Shown piece after piece: positions 50,565 through 64,000 of a stretch of 64,000 nucleotides of DNA. Each line of letters starts with the position of its first letter. Position 1 is the first letter of the stretch. The position numbers and the translations under genes are program-made. Source of the DNA: Octopus bimaculoides (taxonomy: Eukaryota); assembly GCF_001194135.2 (NCBI RefSeq), contig NC_068986.1, positions 60,641,760-60,705,759 of the forward strand, given 5' to 3'. The notes beneath the pieces were generated by a model. It saw only the letters and a program-made list of their open reading frames with translations. It searched no databases and was not told the origin of the DNA.

Positions 50565-50910
50565 NNNNNNNNNNTATTTCTGTATCCGAAACCGAAAGCA
50601 GCGATTCTGAAGAAATTGAAAGCGGCAACAGGATGATTTACACCAGAATGGAGTAAAAACTTCAAAAATGTTTTTATTAACAAGATAGCTTGTGGTTACC
50701 CACAACCTTACAAGAACAGGGGATGACCCACAATGCAGCTGTGATCTGAACACAGTTCAATTGACAAGCAAATAATAAACGAAAATAATTTCACAAACAA
50801 AATAAAATGAAAAAATGGAAAAAAAAAACCAATAACTGAAACGATTAAATTATACGCATGTGTCTGAAATGAAATATGTCAGAAATAACAGTGACAATTA
50901 TTTTTTAAAC

Positions 50911-51175
50911 CTGCCGGCCAAAGGGTAATATGTCAAAAATAGCAGTGACAAACGAAATATACACCGGCGAAACGTCTTGTTTTCACCTCAATAGACGTAA
51001 TTGATTGGTTAAAAATACCGAAATACGACAACTTTAACACGAAATAACTTCGAAAATACAATTTTCTCAAAAACGCGAAGAGTAAATGATGTTTCATGTG
51101 ACACATTCTACCAGTATACGAATTATGAAAGTGTTTAGTTACAAAAATTATTTTAAAAATCTGCCGGCCAAAGGG
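50911..51175. repeat. Two direct copies of a piggyBac-like right end
   Basis: ctgccggccaaaggg at 50911 and 51161, followed by taa/tag rather than an intact TTAA. Confidence 0.35.
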
Positions 51176-51223
51176 TAGATCCAGTATGTGTTAATCCTCA
51201 TGTACCTAGACTTTGTGAACACC

Positions 51224-51224
<1 letters not shown>

Positions 51225-51266
<42 letters not shown>

Positions 51267-52160
51267 ACACCACTTTCTCTCACTAGTATAAATATTAACA
51301 AACGCGAGCGTAGTAGAAAGCATCTCTTTTCCTGTCATCACGTGACTGACTATTCTTTGCGCGGCTAAATTATCTCCGTTTGCCTCCAGGACGCAAATCG
51401 ACCAACCGTAGCCCCTAATAAGGTCACGTGAGAGTGTTTCTTCTAATGCTTTCCTGGAGCCTACCTTCAGCTATAAATAGACTAAATTATACCCACCAAA
51501 TCGTCGCGCTTCAGATCTCTTAGATCTGGCCGCCGGCCACACACGCGTAACACAGCCAGTCAGTTCCAGCGACGACATCGACACCATCGTCCAACTACGA
51601 CTACCAGCATCGCCGCCAGCGTCAACACGACTCTACGACTACCAGCATCGCCACCAGCGTCAACATGACTCTACACGTACACAAGCTACCAACAGCTAAC
51701 TGCAGTACTTCTCTTCGATCCTGTTTGTGTGATTTCTTCACCACGAAAAATAACAGCCAAGAACCCAGCCTGCGAAGAACATCTGTATTCAAGAATTCGG
51801 CCCGGCATGGAAGCCCTAACATCACAACTAGTGATCGCTCTGCCCCACACGCCTTAACTTCTTATATACAGACACTTACCACTGTGTACTCTAATTAAGA
51901 ACTGGTAAATTCTTATACGTGTTACTGACTCTAATCTAACTCTGTATTTCACGCATTCACATATATGTATTACTCGCACACACTATTTTCTTTACATGAC
52001 GGCCTGTCTTTTATTGTGTTTCATTATGTTGCATTCCCTCACACACAGACATACAATTTAATGCTACAATAAATCTTACTGTTATTCATCTCATACGGTT
52101 GTGTTCCTATCGTCTTCCTTACTGGCATTTACGAATTCTCTATGTTATAGAATTATAACA
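51225..52160 (+). mobile_element. Probable solo LTR
   Basis: TGT..ACA ends, TATA-like ctataaatag at 51471, AATAAA at 52068, 38-bp tandem at 51597-51672. TSD not evident. Confidence 0.5.
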
Positions 52161-52500
52161 TATTTATCATTTTATATATTTTTGTGTTCGACCGTGTGAC
52201 GCGTTTAAAGAAGGAGCCCTGTTTTCCATTCGTCACCATTTCTCCTTTTGGGTTCGCACGGTCGTTCTTACATATATATATATATATATACACACACGCA
52301 CACACACACATATATATATATATAGAGAGAGAGAGTGTATATATATAATATATATATACATACATAAATGTATATATACATATATGTATATAGATATATA
52401 CATAGATGTATATATTTATATACACATACATAGCTGTACATATACATACACACACACATATAAACATAGATGAATATATATACAGATATATATATATATA

Positions 52501-52572
<72 letters not shown>

Positions 52573-52720
52573 TATATATACATATATATACATACATCTA
52601 CGTTATATATATATGTACATCTGTGTATGTATGTATATATATACATCTATCTTTCAATATATATACATACATACATCTATGTATACATACATACATCTAT
52701 GTATACATACATACATAGCA

Positions 52721-52780
<60 letters not shown>

Positions 52781-53270
52781 CTCTGTCAATGGGTGTTCCC
52801 TCAGTCACCAATAAGCAAGTTAACAAGCCTAATGGGTGTAGGAAGATCTGTATTGAATATTTTAAGGTGTAAAACAATGTGTAGGAAACAAATATGAAAA
52901 AAAAATGCGCGCAAAGCAACGGGTGGGTGGGGAGAGGACTTCGGAAAGTTCACAAAATCCGAGTTTTTCCCTCATAACTTTTAGGAAAATGGGTTTTTTT
53001 TAAATGAAATTTTATAGAAATACCATTCAAACGGCATACCTTACGATTATAATGAAATTTGTGGGGAAAATGTTTTTCAAAGAGTGGGGAGAGGAGTTCG
53101 GAAAATTCACAAGATCGAAGTTTTTCCCTCATAAATGTATATATATGTGTGTGTGTGTGTATGTGTGTGTATATATATGTGTATATGTATGTATATGATA
53201 TATATATATATGTATATATATATGTATGTATATACTATATGTATATATATATTTGTATGGATATAATATA

Positions 53271-53340
53271 TCTTAATATATAAAGCTGAAGATGTGTGTC
53301 TGCGTGAAGCCTTTTTAAAAGTTTATAAAAATCCACATTT
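53271..53340 (+). mobile_element. Possible Helitron 5' end
   Basis: A|TCTTAATATATAAAGCTGAAGATGTGTGTC resembles the 45153 start; no 3' hairpin or CTAG found. Confidence 0.35.
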
Positions 53341-54127
53341 TCCACTTTTTCGTAAAAATGTTTACATCAATAGAATTTTCTCAATATGAACTTTTCAGTG
53401 CAGTAATTAGATTTTTTAAATTCCGTTTACTTTGTGTGATTTAAGGGAGATTTGGCTGGTGTTTCTAACAACTTTTATATTTCTTCCCGTCTACCTGTAC
53501 CGGCGTTCTTACACATCGATCACGTGCTCAACATATAATATAGAGCGTAAGAGTAAAAGAGGGAGAGAGAGAGAGAGAGAGAAAGTGATACATACAAAGT
53601 TATAGATTAACTTGGTTTAAGACTATTCTTTCCTTCTATCTACCTTTTCACTCTTACTTCGTTCATCTTCCTCTCTCCCATTTAATAGCTTTCTTCTATC
53701 CCTCTACCTCTAACATATTTTTCATAACATAGAAACGTAAAAAAAACACACAACCACACATAAGTGATCTGTGACAACAACATACACATAAACACATACA
53801 CACATCAACATTATAGATATAAGATTTACTTTGTGTGTGTGTTTCTTATATAAACACGCTCACGCATTGCTATTTTATAACTGGCTTTCGGTCTCCCTTC
53901 CTCTCTTTCTCTCTCTCTTCATTGCTCCCGTTCTCTATTCCTTTCTCTTCCCCCCTCTCTCTCTTCCTCTCTCCTTCTTCTCTCTCTCGCTCTCTCAAAC
54001 GCATACACGCGCACGTACATACAAGCATTCACTACAATATAACTCATGTTCGTCAATGTTTTGTAAATATGGAGCTTATGTAGACAGGACAACACATTGC
54101 AAATCAGTGAACTTCATTAGAAATGTG

Positions 54128-54404
54128 GGTAATTTTTCAGATTAACACCCGCAAGATTTTCACTAGGGTGTTAGGGTTTTAGGGTCAGTGCAAGGGTTTT
54201 AGGGTTAGGGTTAGGGTTAGGGTTAGGGGTTAGGGTTAGTGTTACGGTTACGGTTTTAGGATCAGGGTTAGGGTTNNNNNNNNNNNNNNNNNNNNNNNNN
54301 NNNNNNNNNNNNNNNNNNNNNNNNNNNNNNNNNNNNNNNNNNNNNNNNNNNNNNNNNNNNNNNNNNNNNNNNNNNNNNTGCGGGTGTTAATCTGAAAAAT
54401 TACC
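54128..54404. mobile_element. Merlin-type MITE carrying telomere-like repeats
   Basis: Perfect 26-bp TIR GGTAATTTTTCAGATTAACACCCGCA; 8-bp TSD GAAATGTG (54120-27, 54405-12); interior (TTAGGG)n with variants. Confidence 0.88.
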
Positions 54405-55090
54405 GAAATGTGAAAACTACCGACCCTGCCATCTATTATAACTTTTGTTGTTCTGTTTAATATGTACAAGAAGAGAGCTTGCTGGGGAAAGAAAGCAACC
54501 GGTTTCAAAAGACAGCAACAGACTGCAGCAATTCACCACATTCCAGAAGCTACTTTGAACATAATGCAAAATGGTGCATCAACATCTACTGCCAAATCTG
54601 ATAGAATTCTGGCAGAACTGTGTAGCAACAAATCGCCAGCAATTGCTTCATCACAAATTGCCGTCATAGCTCCTGCGAAAAGGGATTACCCTGCTATGTA
54701 TAATCAGGGCAGCGCAAAAAGTTGTTTTGCACAAGCATTTGTATAGCCAATTAGACGGTCATATTCATTTCATACATTTTTTTACACCCGTTCCACTATT
54801 TCTTTTTTTTTTTGTTTCTTTTCGTTTCCAGGTAATATTGTAAACATTAACCAATGCAGTTAATGTATGTTCTGTTAACAACTATTTTGCAATATTTAAT
54901 TTTATAGTTTTAACAAAATATTTTTAAAAAACAATACACTACTTTCGTTTGATCAGTGAATGTATTGGCAGTAATTTTTCATTGCTTTATAAATGCATGT
55001 ATAGCTTTTGTTCAGCCATACACAAAAAAATCAATGGAGAACAAAAGTGTGTTTATGAAGGATTTATTTAGTTTCATTCTTTTGAACACA

Positions 55091-57900
55091 TGCGGGTCAG
55101 AGCAATCAGTCGACTCGTGCTTAAGGGAAGTCCCTCCTAATTAGAAGCCCCCTTCATTGCAGACCAGCTCCCTGGTTAGCCTGCAGCTAACTGTTATAAG
55201 TCCTTGGGAGCAATACCCTACATATAAGCTCCCCCCACTCGAACTGTTGACTGTCATTGAAACTGGGAAGGTGTTTTAACAGCCCTGCCCATGCATGTGG
55301 CTACTCGGCTCTCTGGTGACTTCGTTGCCAAGGGGTGGTGTGATTTGCCTAGAGAGGCCCCTGTTTGGTGGTTGAGCTACTTGGGCAGGGCTGTCAATAT
55401 CGAGATGGGATTATCTCAGTCTATCAATGGAAACTGTGTCTTGTCGTCTGCCAACCCCCTGAACATACTACTTCATATGGGCCATCGTAGGGTGATTGAA
55501 GTGGTTTTCATCATGTCATGTTGAATGAACACGAATCTCGCCTTGCGGAGGTCATTTGGTTCGGATGATTTAGGTGTATCATGTGTTGACATGGGAATAG
55601 GACGTAACTGGCCCACACTATCTCTCAGTTGTACGAGATATCTTTCGACATCTGGGTCTGACTTTGTGCTCTGAAGGAACTTCCCGGGCACTGGAAGTGG
55701 GGCACTATAACCCTTTCTGCAGATGCTGGAAGTTAATCGATCCAATCGAGTCTGTTAAATCTGGTTGTCAGGAATTCCTTCAGGTGGCGGTGAAATCTCT
55801 CCACTAACCCATTGACCTGGGGATGGTAGGCTGTTGTGCACTTCATTGTGATTCCAAAAAGGTTACACATGTCATTCCACAGCTTTGAGGTGAATTATGG
55901 GTCACAATCAGATGAGATACTGTCTGGGACACTGAAACAAGCAACCCCAGTTTGTGATGAAGGCACAGCTGACTTCCTGTGTTTCCATGCTGCCTCAGGC
56001 TAACGAGTGTAGCAGTCTACCAAGGTTAGTAGGTACAAGCAAAACTGTGAAGGTGGTAGGAGGCCGACAAGATCAATGTTGACATGGCTGAAATGGGCCT
56101 GTGGTGGTTCTTAGCTGCGGAGGGGTGCTTTGGTGTGCTGATGGACTTTAGCTTGCTGAGATGGGATACAAGTCTTGGTCCACTCCCCAATTTGCTTGGT
56201 CATACCATGCCAGATATATTTATTTGACAGTAGGTGCCATGTGTCTCTAATACCTGGGTGGGACAGCCCATAAATGGTGTCGGAAACCTTCCTGTGCTAG
56301 GTTAATGGGAAGATCAGTCGTAGCTTCCCAGTGGATACATCACAAAGTAGGGTTGTGCCGTTGGAGCCAAAGTGCACATCCTGCAAAGAAAGTGACATGA
56401 TGGCAGTGCGGTAGTCCCTGATTCCATTATCTGTCTGTTGGGCTGCAGCCATAGCCTTGTAATCCAGGCCTTCCATTATTGAGGCTATGTAGATGTCAGA
56501 ACAGGTAGGGGTTTGAGAGAGTGCATCAGTAACTGGGTTGCCTTTTCCAGTTATGTGTTAGATGTTCGTGGTGTATTCAGAAATGGCTGATAACTGTCAT
56601 TGCTGATGTGCAGACCAAGGCTCTGAGAGTTTGTTCATAGTGAAAGCGAGTGGTTTGTGGTCTGTGAATACTGTAAACGTGTGACCCAGATGTACAGCAA
56701 GCAGTTTCTTGCCAAAAGCACTGTATTTCTGTTCAGGTGGTCGTAGTTGTCCACTAAAAAAGGCAAGAGGTTGCCACTGGCCCTTGATGCATTGTTCCAA
56801 AACGCCCTCAATGGCTGTGTCAGAGGCATTGACTCTAAGTACAGTCCAAGATAACATATGAGGATGGGACAGCATGGTTGATTTAGAAAGGGCTTGTTTT
56901 GTGGATTTGAAGGCTGAGGTCATTGCACTATCCCACTCCACCTGTCTTCTTGTGTAGCTCCGCATTTTGGCTCACAATAAAGATATCATCTAAATATGCA
57001 AAGACAAAATCAAGATCCTTGCACACGGTGTCCATCAAGTGTTGGAAGAATTGTTCTGCATTTTTTAGGCAGAAAAGTGTACATAGGAATTCATACAGCC
57101 TGAAAGGAATGATCACAGCGGTTTTAAGTACTGCATGGTCTTGTACAGGTTTTTGGAGGTAACCTCAAATAAGGTCGACCTTCAAGAAAACCGAGCACCT
57201 GGCTAGCTGGGCTGAGAAGTCCTGTATGTGCGTAATGGGGTAGCAGTCGGGTGTCGTGTTTGCATTGAGACAACGGTAATCTCCGCAAGGTTCCCAACCA
57301 CCGTTGGGTTTCGGTGCCACATGCAGGGGTGACAACCAGGGACTACTTGATTGGCAAACAATACCTAATGCCTCCTTTGAAATAGCAAGTTTGTCTGGTG
57401 ATGGCTGATGTGCATGGCTGTGCACTAGGGGGCCAGTAGTGGGGACATGATGTGTTACTCCATGGCAGGCTGGAGGTTGCTATGTGGTGGTGGGGGTTCA
57501 TGTGTAGATATTGCAAGAGACATGGGAACATGTGTTCCTGTTGATGAGTCTCTCCTGCGAATTAACCAGTAAGGAGTGTGCTTCAAGAAAGTTTTCTCCA
57601 ATAATAGGCTGATGGATGTCAGCAATGATAAATGCCCATGTATATTTTTGTGAGCTGATAAGGAGAGAAAGGATGCGGTTACCATACGCTTCGTATTTGG
57701 AGCCGTTAAAGGTTGGCCCCACTTTCCATAAAGGAAGACCCTTGCTGATGCTCGGATCACGCTGATTTCTGCTCCTGTGTCGATTAGGAACGTATGTCTG
57801 GAGTTCCGATCATGGACATACAGGAGCAGTTGATCGTGTTTGCTGGCCATCAGGGTATTCAATGGTCGTCAGCCCTGGAGTTTCCCAGGGCTGATGACCA
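55091..57900 (-). mobile_element. Gypsy/Ty3 LTR retrotransposon, degraded pol with 3' LTR
   Basis: Order protease FLIDTGAEISVI, RT SPWLSPLH..CGDYRCLN and AYLDDI, RNase H NASDTAIEGVL..TDHKPL, integrase TAYHPQVNGLVERFHR; PPT at 55228-40; short LTR TG(55222)..CA(55091). 5' LTR not seen. Confidence 0.9.
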
Positions 57901-58289
57901 AGGAGTCTTGAAGCTACATAGCTGTTTACACCTGATAGTCTTTTTTCCCCGAACTTTGTGTGGTAGAAGCATCAGTCATCTTGCTTAACTCTATCATGCA
58001 TCGGGGCTGACTCTGGATAAAAAATATTTGTCAGCAGCTTACGTAGACAGGTATCCGGCTACTGGAAATTCAACAAGTCACTTTTGGCTCATGAGGAGTA
58101 CAGGAGTCGGATTAGACAGTTAGTAATGAGGGAATTGTGTGGTGCCATCATTAACAGCAAATGGTGGTATACCCTCAAAAGAACCATAAAATTGAGTCTA
58201 TTAGGTATAGCAAAGAGTTAGTGACTAAGAAAAAGAGTAGAAAAGGCTTTAGTTAGGGCCTTAGACGAAGCACTGGAATGTAGCTCAGT

Positions 58290-60265
58290 GCCCCGAGTTT
58301 TAGCTGCGAGAATGGTGCTTAACCATCACCTCGAGACTAAAAACGAAGGATGTGTAGTTAGGGCTATGGGAAGGAATCAAAGCCGCGGGATGGGCCCGTG
58401 TGATAGAGACTCAACATGGCAATAATGGCACTATAAGGTCTTTGATGAATAATCAAGGGAACTTGGTAAACGAACCCGAGGAGATGTGTAAGGTCTTTCA
58501 GGAGCATTTCGCCCTGCTTTTCGGGAGGGGCGATGGGCCGGAATGTAGGAGGGACCTCACGGACTTCCTCGCCGGTGTGCCGCATCTCTCGGAGTGGGAA
58601 GCGGAGGGCTGTGAGAGACCGATCATGGCTACGGGAGTGCAGGTGGCTTTGCCGGACTGCATCGGGGACAAGTCGCAGGACTAGATGGTCTCCCCTACGA
58701 GCTTTATAACAATATGCCAGACTTGTTCGGGCGCCTACTGGCATGCATCTTCATCAACTGGCAACAGAATGGGTTTATACCCAAATCTGTGAGCCGGGGA
58801 GACCCAAACAAGGGGGATATTATAGATAATTTCAGGTCCATTACACAGCTTAACGCAGAGTTGAAGATTTTGAGCAAGATGTTAGCAAAAAGGTTGGCGC
58901 GTGTCGTGGGTGGAATCGTCGGGGAGGCACAATCTTGTGTCGTTCCTGGCAGATCCATACCTGACAATCTCCACCATCTACGCCACACTTTAGAGAGGGT
59001 TAATGGGTCTCCTGGAAAGGGTGGGGCGCTGGTCCATTTAGATCAGTCCAAAGCTTTTGACAGGGTTGACCATCGGTATCTGGTGTCGGTCCTCCCAGCA
59101 TTCGGGCTCGGCCCCGTTTTCCGAGAGTGTATCTTTGCTTTATACAGTAACATCGACTCGATCGTTCGGGTGAACGGGTTCTTCTCGAAGCCGTTCAACA
59201 TCAAGCGCTCTGTATGTGTTGGCTCTAGAGCCCTTACTGCAGAAATTGGAGGGCTTGAAGAGCGTCCCAGCGTGAAGGGCGATCTAGGTTGCAGTAAGGT
59301 TTCGGCGTAGGCGGATGACATCGCCATCATTGTGTCCGAGATGGTACACCTACAGAGAGTAGGCAAAGCCATTAATGACTACGAGGTGGTGGCAGGAGCA
59401 AAAGTTAACCTGGGTAAGTCAGTCGTCTTGCAACTCGGCACCTGGAGAGGCAAGACGATACATCTCAATAACGTCGTAGGGCGTTGGACGTAAGGACCGG
59501 TTAAAATGCTAGGGGTTTGGTTTGGTTTGGTCCAGACCTTCAGATAGAGAAGAATTGGAGCGATGTGACGACCAAGGTGACCCACCTGGTCTGAGCGGCG
59601 GCTATCCCTGAAAGGAAGGAGTGTTTATCGGTTTATTGGTTCTGTGATTACCTACCGCCTAACCCTCGTGCATTGCTCCCGTTCGTGGTTGATCAAGTTG
59701 GAGCGGCTGCTCTTCCCTTCTTTGTGGATGTGTAGAAGTCCTCTTGTAAAGCGCACTGTATGCTGCCAGCACCCGCTAAAGGGTGGGCTAGGGATGCCTT
59801 GGCTGTTGATGCGCAGACATGCGCTGAGGCTGAGGCATCTGTGGCTCTACCTGGATGATGAACATGTGTGGTCTCCGTTCGTTCGGTCGTTACTTCCTGA
59901 GTCGATTGTAAAGATGGTTCCTCCTTCCTCTTTTAACAAAGAAGGCAAGGCTTGTNNNNNNNNNNGTTCGTTCGGTCGTTACTTCCTGAGTCGATTGTAA
60001 AGATGGTTCCTCCTTCCTCTTTTAACAAAGAAGGCAAGGCTTGTTTTTTCGTTGTGATCGCTATAGCGAAAGAAGCGGTATGGAAGACCTGCGTGAAAGG
60101 AATCGTGACAGGCACATTCATCTCCAGCCTTGGACTGGTCCATTACCTCATCTACTACCTTAAGAGGAAAATAAGGATGGAGAGAAAATACCTGTTGTCA
60201 CCTGATGTATATGGAAAAAGATGGAAGGCTGCGGCGAGTTTGTTGCGAATGAATGAACCTACATA
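58290..60265 (+). mobile_element. Tx1/L1-clade LINE ORF2 fragment
   Basis: DGLPYELY, NFRSITQLNAELKILSKMLAKRL, LDQSKAFDRVDH, A*ADDI, GAKVNLGKS. Confidence 0.9.
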
Positions 60266-60520
60266 GTGTATCCATAAGGTTATACTAAAGGTTACAGTAG
60301 TGACACGGGTCTTGTGGGGCCGAGGCAAAACCTGTCGCCAACTTCATTGTTTGTGTATTTGTTTTGCTTATCATTTGTTTATCATTCTATTACATAGATT
60401 TTAAAGTTTTCACCCCTGTGTAAAAACCATACGCACCATCGACCCCTCCCTCTTTTGAACCATCCCTCTATGTTTGGCCCCCTGTGGGCAGTGGAGAAAA
60501 AGTTGATACAATCATCTGAA

Positions 60521-61616
60521 ATGGAACTGTCAAAGCGCGATATTCGAGCAATTTTGCTATTCAACTTCGAAAAAGGACGTAAAGCAGCTGAAGTTGCTCG
60601 CGATATCACCGAAACTTTTAGTGACGAAATGACTAGTGAGTGGTCACCTTGAAAATGATTTAAACGAATTCGCAGTGGAGACTTGAGTCTTGAAGATCGT
60701 GAGCGTAGTGGACATCCATCTGTTTTCGATGACGGTCAATAAAAGACCGTCATTTAGAAAAATCCATGTAAAACCACTCGAGAACTGGCAAAAGAACTTC
60801 AAATTAACCAGAAAACTGCTTGCAACCATTTGCATGCGATCGGAAAATCAAAAAAGCTTGACAAATAGGCACCACACGATGTAAATGATAATCAGAAAAT
60901 GCGCAGATATGAAATTTGCTCGTCGCTTCTCCGTAACCAGACTGATCCATTTCTCGACCGTATTGTAACTTGCGATGAAAAGTTGATTTTGTACAATAAT
61001 AAAAAAAAAAAACCTTCTTCGCAATGGTTGGACCAAAATGAAGCACCGAAAATCTTCCCGAAACCCGAGCTCTTCAAAATGAAGGTTATAGTGACTGTTT
61101 GGTGGTGTACTGCTGGACTCATCCACTATCACTTCTTAAAACCCGGAAAAACTGCTAAACATATTGCCATGAAATTGCCAAAATGAACGAAAAACTGCTA
61201 CTCCTCCGTCTGAGACTGGTCAACAGAAGAGGGCCAATCATTCTTCATGACAATGCTCGACCACATGACGCTTCATGACAATGCTCGACCAATGACGCTC
61301 CAGAAATTCTTCCCCACCCAGCTTATTCCCCAGACCTTTCTCCTACCGACTACCACTTTTTCAAGTACCTTGATGGTTTCCTGCGAGAGAAGGAGTTAAA
61401 AAAATCAAACTGATGCTGAAAGTGTGTTCAAAGAGTTTATCAGCTCCAGAACTCCAGATTTTTATGTTACTGGAATAAACAAACTTGTAACACGTTGGCA
61501 AAAATGTGTTGATTGTAATGGTACTTACTTTGATGAATAAAATTTCCGCATTGTTGAAATATATTGTAATGAATTTCATGTTTCAAAACGTCGCTTACTT
61601 TTTACTCAGCCTGATA
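60521..61616 (+). mobile_element. Mariner (DD34D) transposon, pseudogenic
   Basis: MELSKRDIRAILLFNF, IVTCDEKLILY, LHDNARPH, YSPDLSPTDYH, RWQKCVDCNGTYFDE*; the right TIR ends ..actcagcctgaTA at 61616. Left TIR not found. Confidence 0.92.
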
Positions 61617-61624
61617 GTAATACA

Positions 61625-61942
61625 AGTAGTAGTAGTAGTAATAATAGTAGTTGTACAGTATAAGGAGTAGTAGTAGTAATAGTAGAAGAAGGCGTAGTAG
61701 TAGTAGTAGTAGCAGCAGCAGTAATAATAACAGCAGTAGGAGTAGTCTTAGTAGGAGTAACAGTAGTAGTATTAGCAGTAATGGCTGTAGTGGTAGTAGT
61801 AGTAGTACTTGTAGTAGTAGTAGCAGCAGCAACAGTATCAGTAGTTGTAGTAGTATAAGTATTAAGAGCAGTAGTAGTAGCAGAAGTTGTAGTATCAGCA
61901 ATAAGTGTAGCAGTATTAGTAGTAGCAGCAGTAATAGTAGTG

Positions 61943-61998
<56 letters not shown>

Positions 61999-62172
61999 CC
62001 AATAGTAGTAGTAGTAGTAGTAGGAGGAGGAGGAGGAGTAATAGCAGTGGTAGTAGTAGTAGTAGAAGTAGCAGTAGTAGCTGTAGCAGCAGCAATAGTA
62101 GTCGTAGTATTAGTAGAAACAGTAGAAGTAGTGATTGTAGCAGCAGCAGTAGTAGTAGTGGTAGCAGCAACT

Positions 62173-62221
<49 letters not shown>

Positions 62222-62661
62222 CAGTTGTACTGCCAGTACTAGCAGTAGTAGTAGTTGTAATTGTAGTATCACCAATAGGAATAGCGGCTGTAGTTGTAAT
62301 TGTAGTATCACCAATAGTAGTAGTAGGAGGAGGAGGGGAGGAGGAGAAGCAGCAGCAGGTGTAACAGCAGTACTAGAAGTTGTAGTAGTAGTACTGGTAG
62401 TTGCAGTAGCAGATGCAGTACTAGCGCAAGCAGTGGGAGAAGCAGCAGTTGTAGTAGCAGTATTAATAGTTGTAGTATCAGCAAAAGAAATAAAAGTAAT
62501 GGTGATAGTAGTAGTAGGAATAGCAGCAGGAGCTGTAGCAGTTCTATCAGCACTTCTGCTAGTAGTATTAGTACTATTAGTAGTAGTAATAGCAGTAGTA
62601 ACAGTAGTAGTAGTAGTCGTAGTAAAAGTAGTAGCAGTATTTATAGTAGTAGTGATAGAAA

Positions 62662-62714
<53 letters not shown>

Positions 62715-62880
62715 ACAGCAGTGCTAACAGCAGCAGTAGTAGTTGTAGTAGTAGCAGTATTACTAGTAGTAGCGACAGCAGTATTACAGTGGTAATGCTA
62801 ACAATAGTACAAGTAGGAGTAAAATGAGCAGAAGCAGCAGTATTGGTAGCACTAGTAGTAGTTGTAGAAGTAGTTAGTAG
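61625..62880. repeat. Degenerate (TAG/CAG)n trinucleotide tract
   Basis: Long pure (agt)n runs mixed with agc/gga variants. Confidence 0.97.
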
Positions 62881-63800
62881 GGTCAAACTCCACAATAAGC
62901 TCAATGAACCGCAAGAAATTTCTATTGTTTGGGGAGGGCCACTTTTCCTCATGATCTCGAAATGCTAAACCTCTTTCACTTTAAGACTTCATAATGGCAA
63001 CAACTCTTTTTAGTACTTCAAAATAGTACTACATGTTTTTTTTCAACTGTTCCTCCCAAGTTGCTGATCTACAGAGTTTTTATTTGATTTTCATGTTGGC
63101 CAGTTCAACATCGCTCTTTTATGTTCCATGTTGTCTTCATGATTTTCTCGAGTTCTGAGTATATTCATCCAATCAGAAAACCTACCCCTTGTCAGTGATT
63201 TTTGGCACTTAGAAAAGTTTCTGCAAACGAAACAGTATATATAGCTTTTGCTCTTTGAGTAAACTAGCCAGGATCTCATCACAGTCTAACCTATTTTTAA
63301 TCTGTTTTCAAAGTACTTGTTTGAGAAACTTCGATTTTGCTCTTTGTAAATCTTGTTGGATTCAATATATACATTATCTGGTTTTTTATTTTGAAAAAAA
63401 ACAAAACAAAAAAAGCTGATGTCTTGCATTAAACAGTTTTCTATAAAACCATTATCAATTCTTAGGGGCCAATTTGCCAGGTCACTGTATTCTTCGAAAT
63501 CACTAAATTTGCTTCCTGTTTCTGCTCTCTCTTTTCTTGAAGCTTTTGACCACAGTGATCATCATCTGTACCAAAAGTGTCAACAGTAGGTTGATTATTG
63601 CTAAACAGAACACTTATAGTTTGTGCACTATCATTGACTTCACTGGTGCTTGCACGGCTTGTTTCAGTTGCAGGTGATGACAAACTTTTACTTGACATTG
63701 TAAAATAGTTTGATAATTTTTGTCATTTAGAAATTTCGTTAGACTACTTTTCCTTGAGTTGGTGTTTCTGGTATCCGATTAAGTACTTTCTTGAAGACAT
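62878..63800 (-). mobile_element. hAT transposase N-terminal region (TTF-type zinc finger and DUF4371-like), pseudogenic
   Basis: MSSRKYL.. at 63800; RSWLVYSKSK..YCFVCRNF..FSDW..HE..EH; LAFRDHEEK..NNRNFLRFIELIVEFDP, cut by the TAG tract. Confidence 0.82.
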
Positions 63801-64000
63801 TGCTATTCCTCTTTGGGCCTAGACCTCTGTGAAAAAAAAAATGGGGGTAATATTTTCTTTAGCCACAAGACAGAAATTGATCAAAATAAGGGAAAGAGGT
63901 AGCGAACGCGCTGTTTTCTGACTGGCTGAAAATTCTGGAAATTATCAAACTTTGAACAGCTGTAACATTTTTGCAAAATTTTTTCTGGAATAAATGAATA

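Noticed and set aside
51597-51672. CRISPR-like direct repeats
   Set aside because: Two adjacent 38-bp units with no spacers, in a eukaryotic LTR-like context; no cas genes anywhere in the window.
52153-52919. YI/IY-repeat ORFs here and at 8400-8900 and 35600-37100
   Set aside because: Translations of (TA)n/(CA)n microsatellite.
54170-54274. True telomere or chromosome-fusion site
   Set aside because: The repeats are enclosed by TIRs and a TSD, so they belong to a transposon.
54462-54746. 94-aa stop-free ORF in unique-looking DNA
   Set aside because: No recognisable motif or splice context; the length is within chance expectation.
61602-62952. Poly-Ser, poly-Val and poly-Leu ORFs (up to 237 aa)
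   Set aside because: Translations of the (TAG)n tract; open in several frames on both strands.

Overview
Gap-rich (about a quarter N), AT-rich, repeat-saturated animal genomic scaffold. The RTE tails ending in (GAT)n, the tRNA-derived SINE and the (TA)n/(CA)n seas suggest an octopus or other coleoid cephalopod (inference). No prokaryotic features are present. The only host gene I can support is the first coding exon of an IAH1-like SGNH/GDSL esterase (minus strand, 20857-20931). The rest is transposon debris: Penelope-like elements (PLEs) of apparently three types, about ten RTE-clade LINE copies, CR1, HERO-like RLE and Tx1/L1 LINE fragments, a Gypsy LTR element, mariner, hAT, Merlin/IS1595-like elements with MITEs, a Helitron and a SINE. 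The most notable unexplained structures are: (i) eight minimal type I hammerhead ribozyme (HHR) motifs from five PLE-associated families, six of them in the arms of long inverted repeats; (ii) a Merlin-type MITE with a perfect 8-bp TSD carrying TTAGGG repeats; (iii) a ~2-kb inverted duplication with a 305-bp identical core and splice-like signals; (iv) a permuted CpG-rich foldback element at that duplication's breakpoint. All alignments and RNA folds were done by eye, and family names come from remembered motifs, not database searches.
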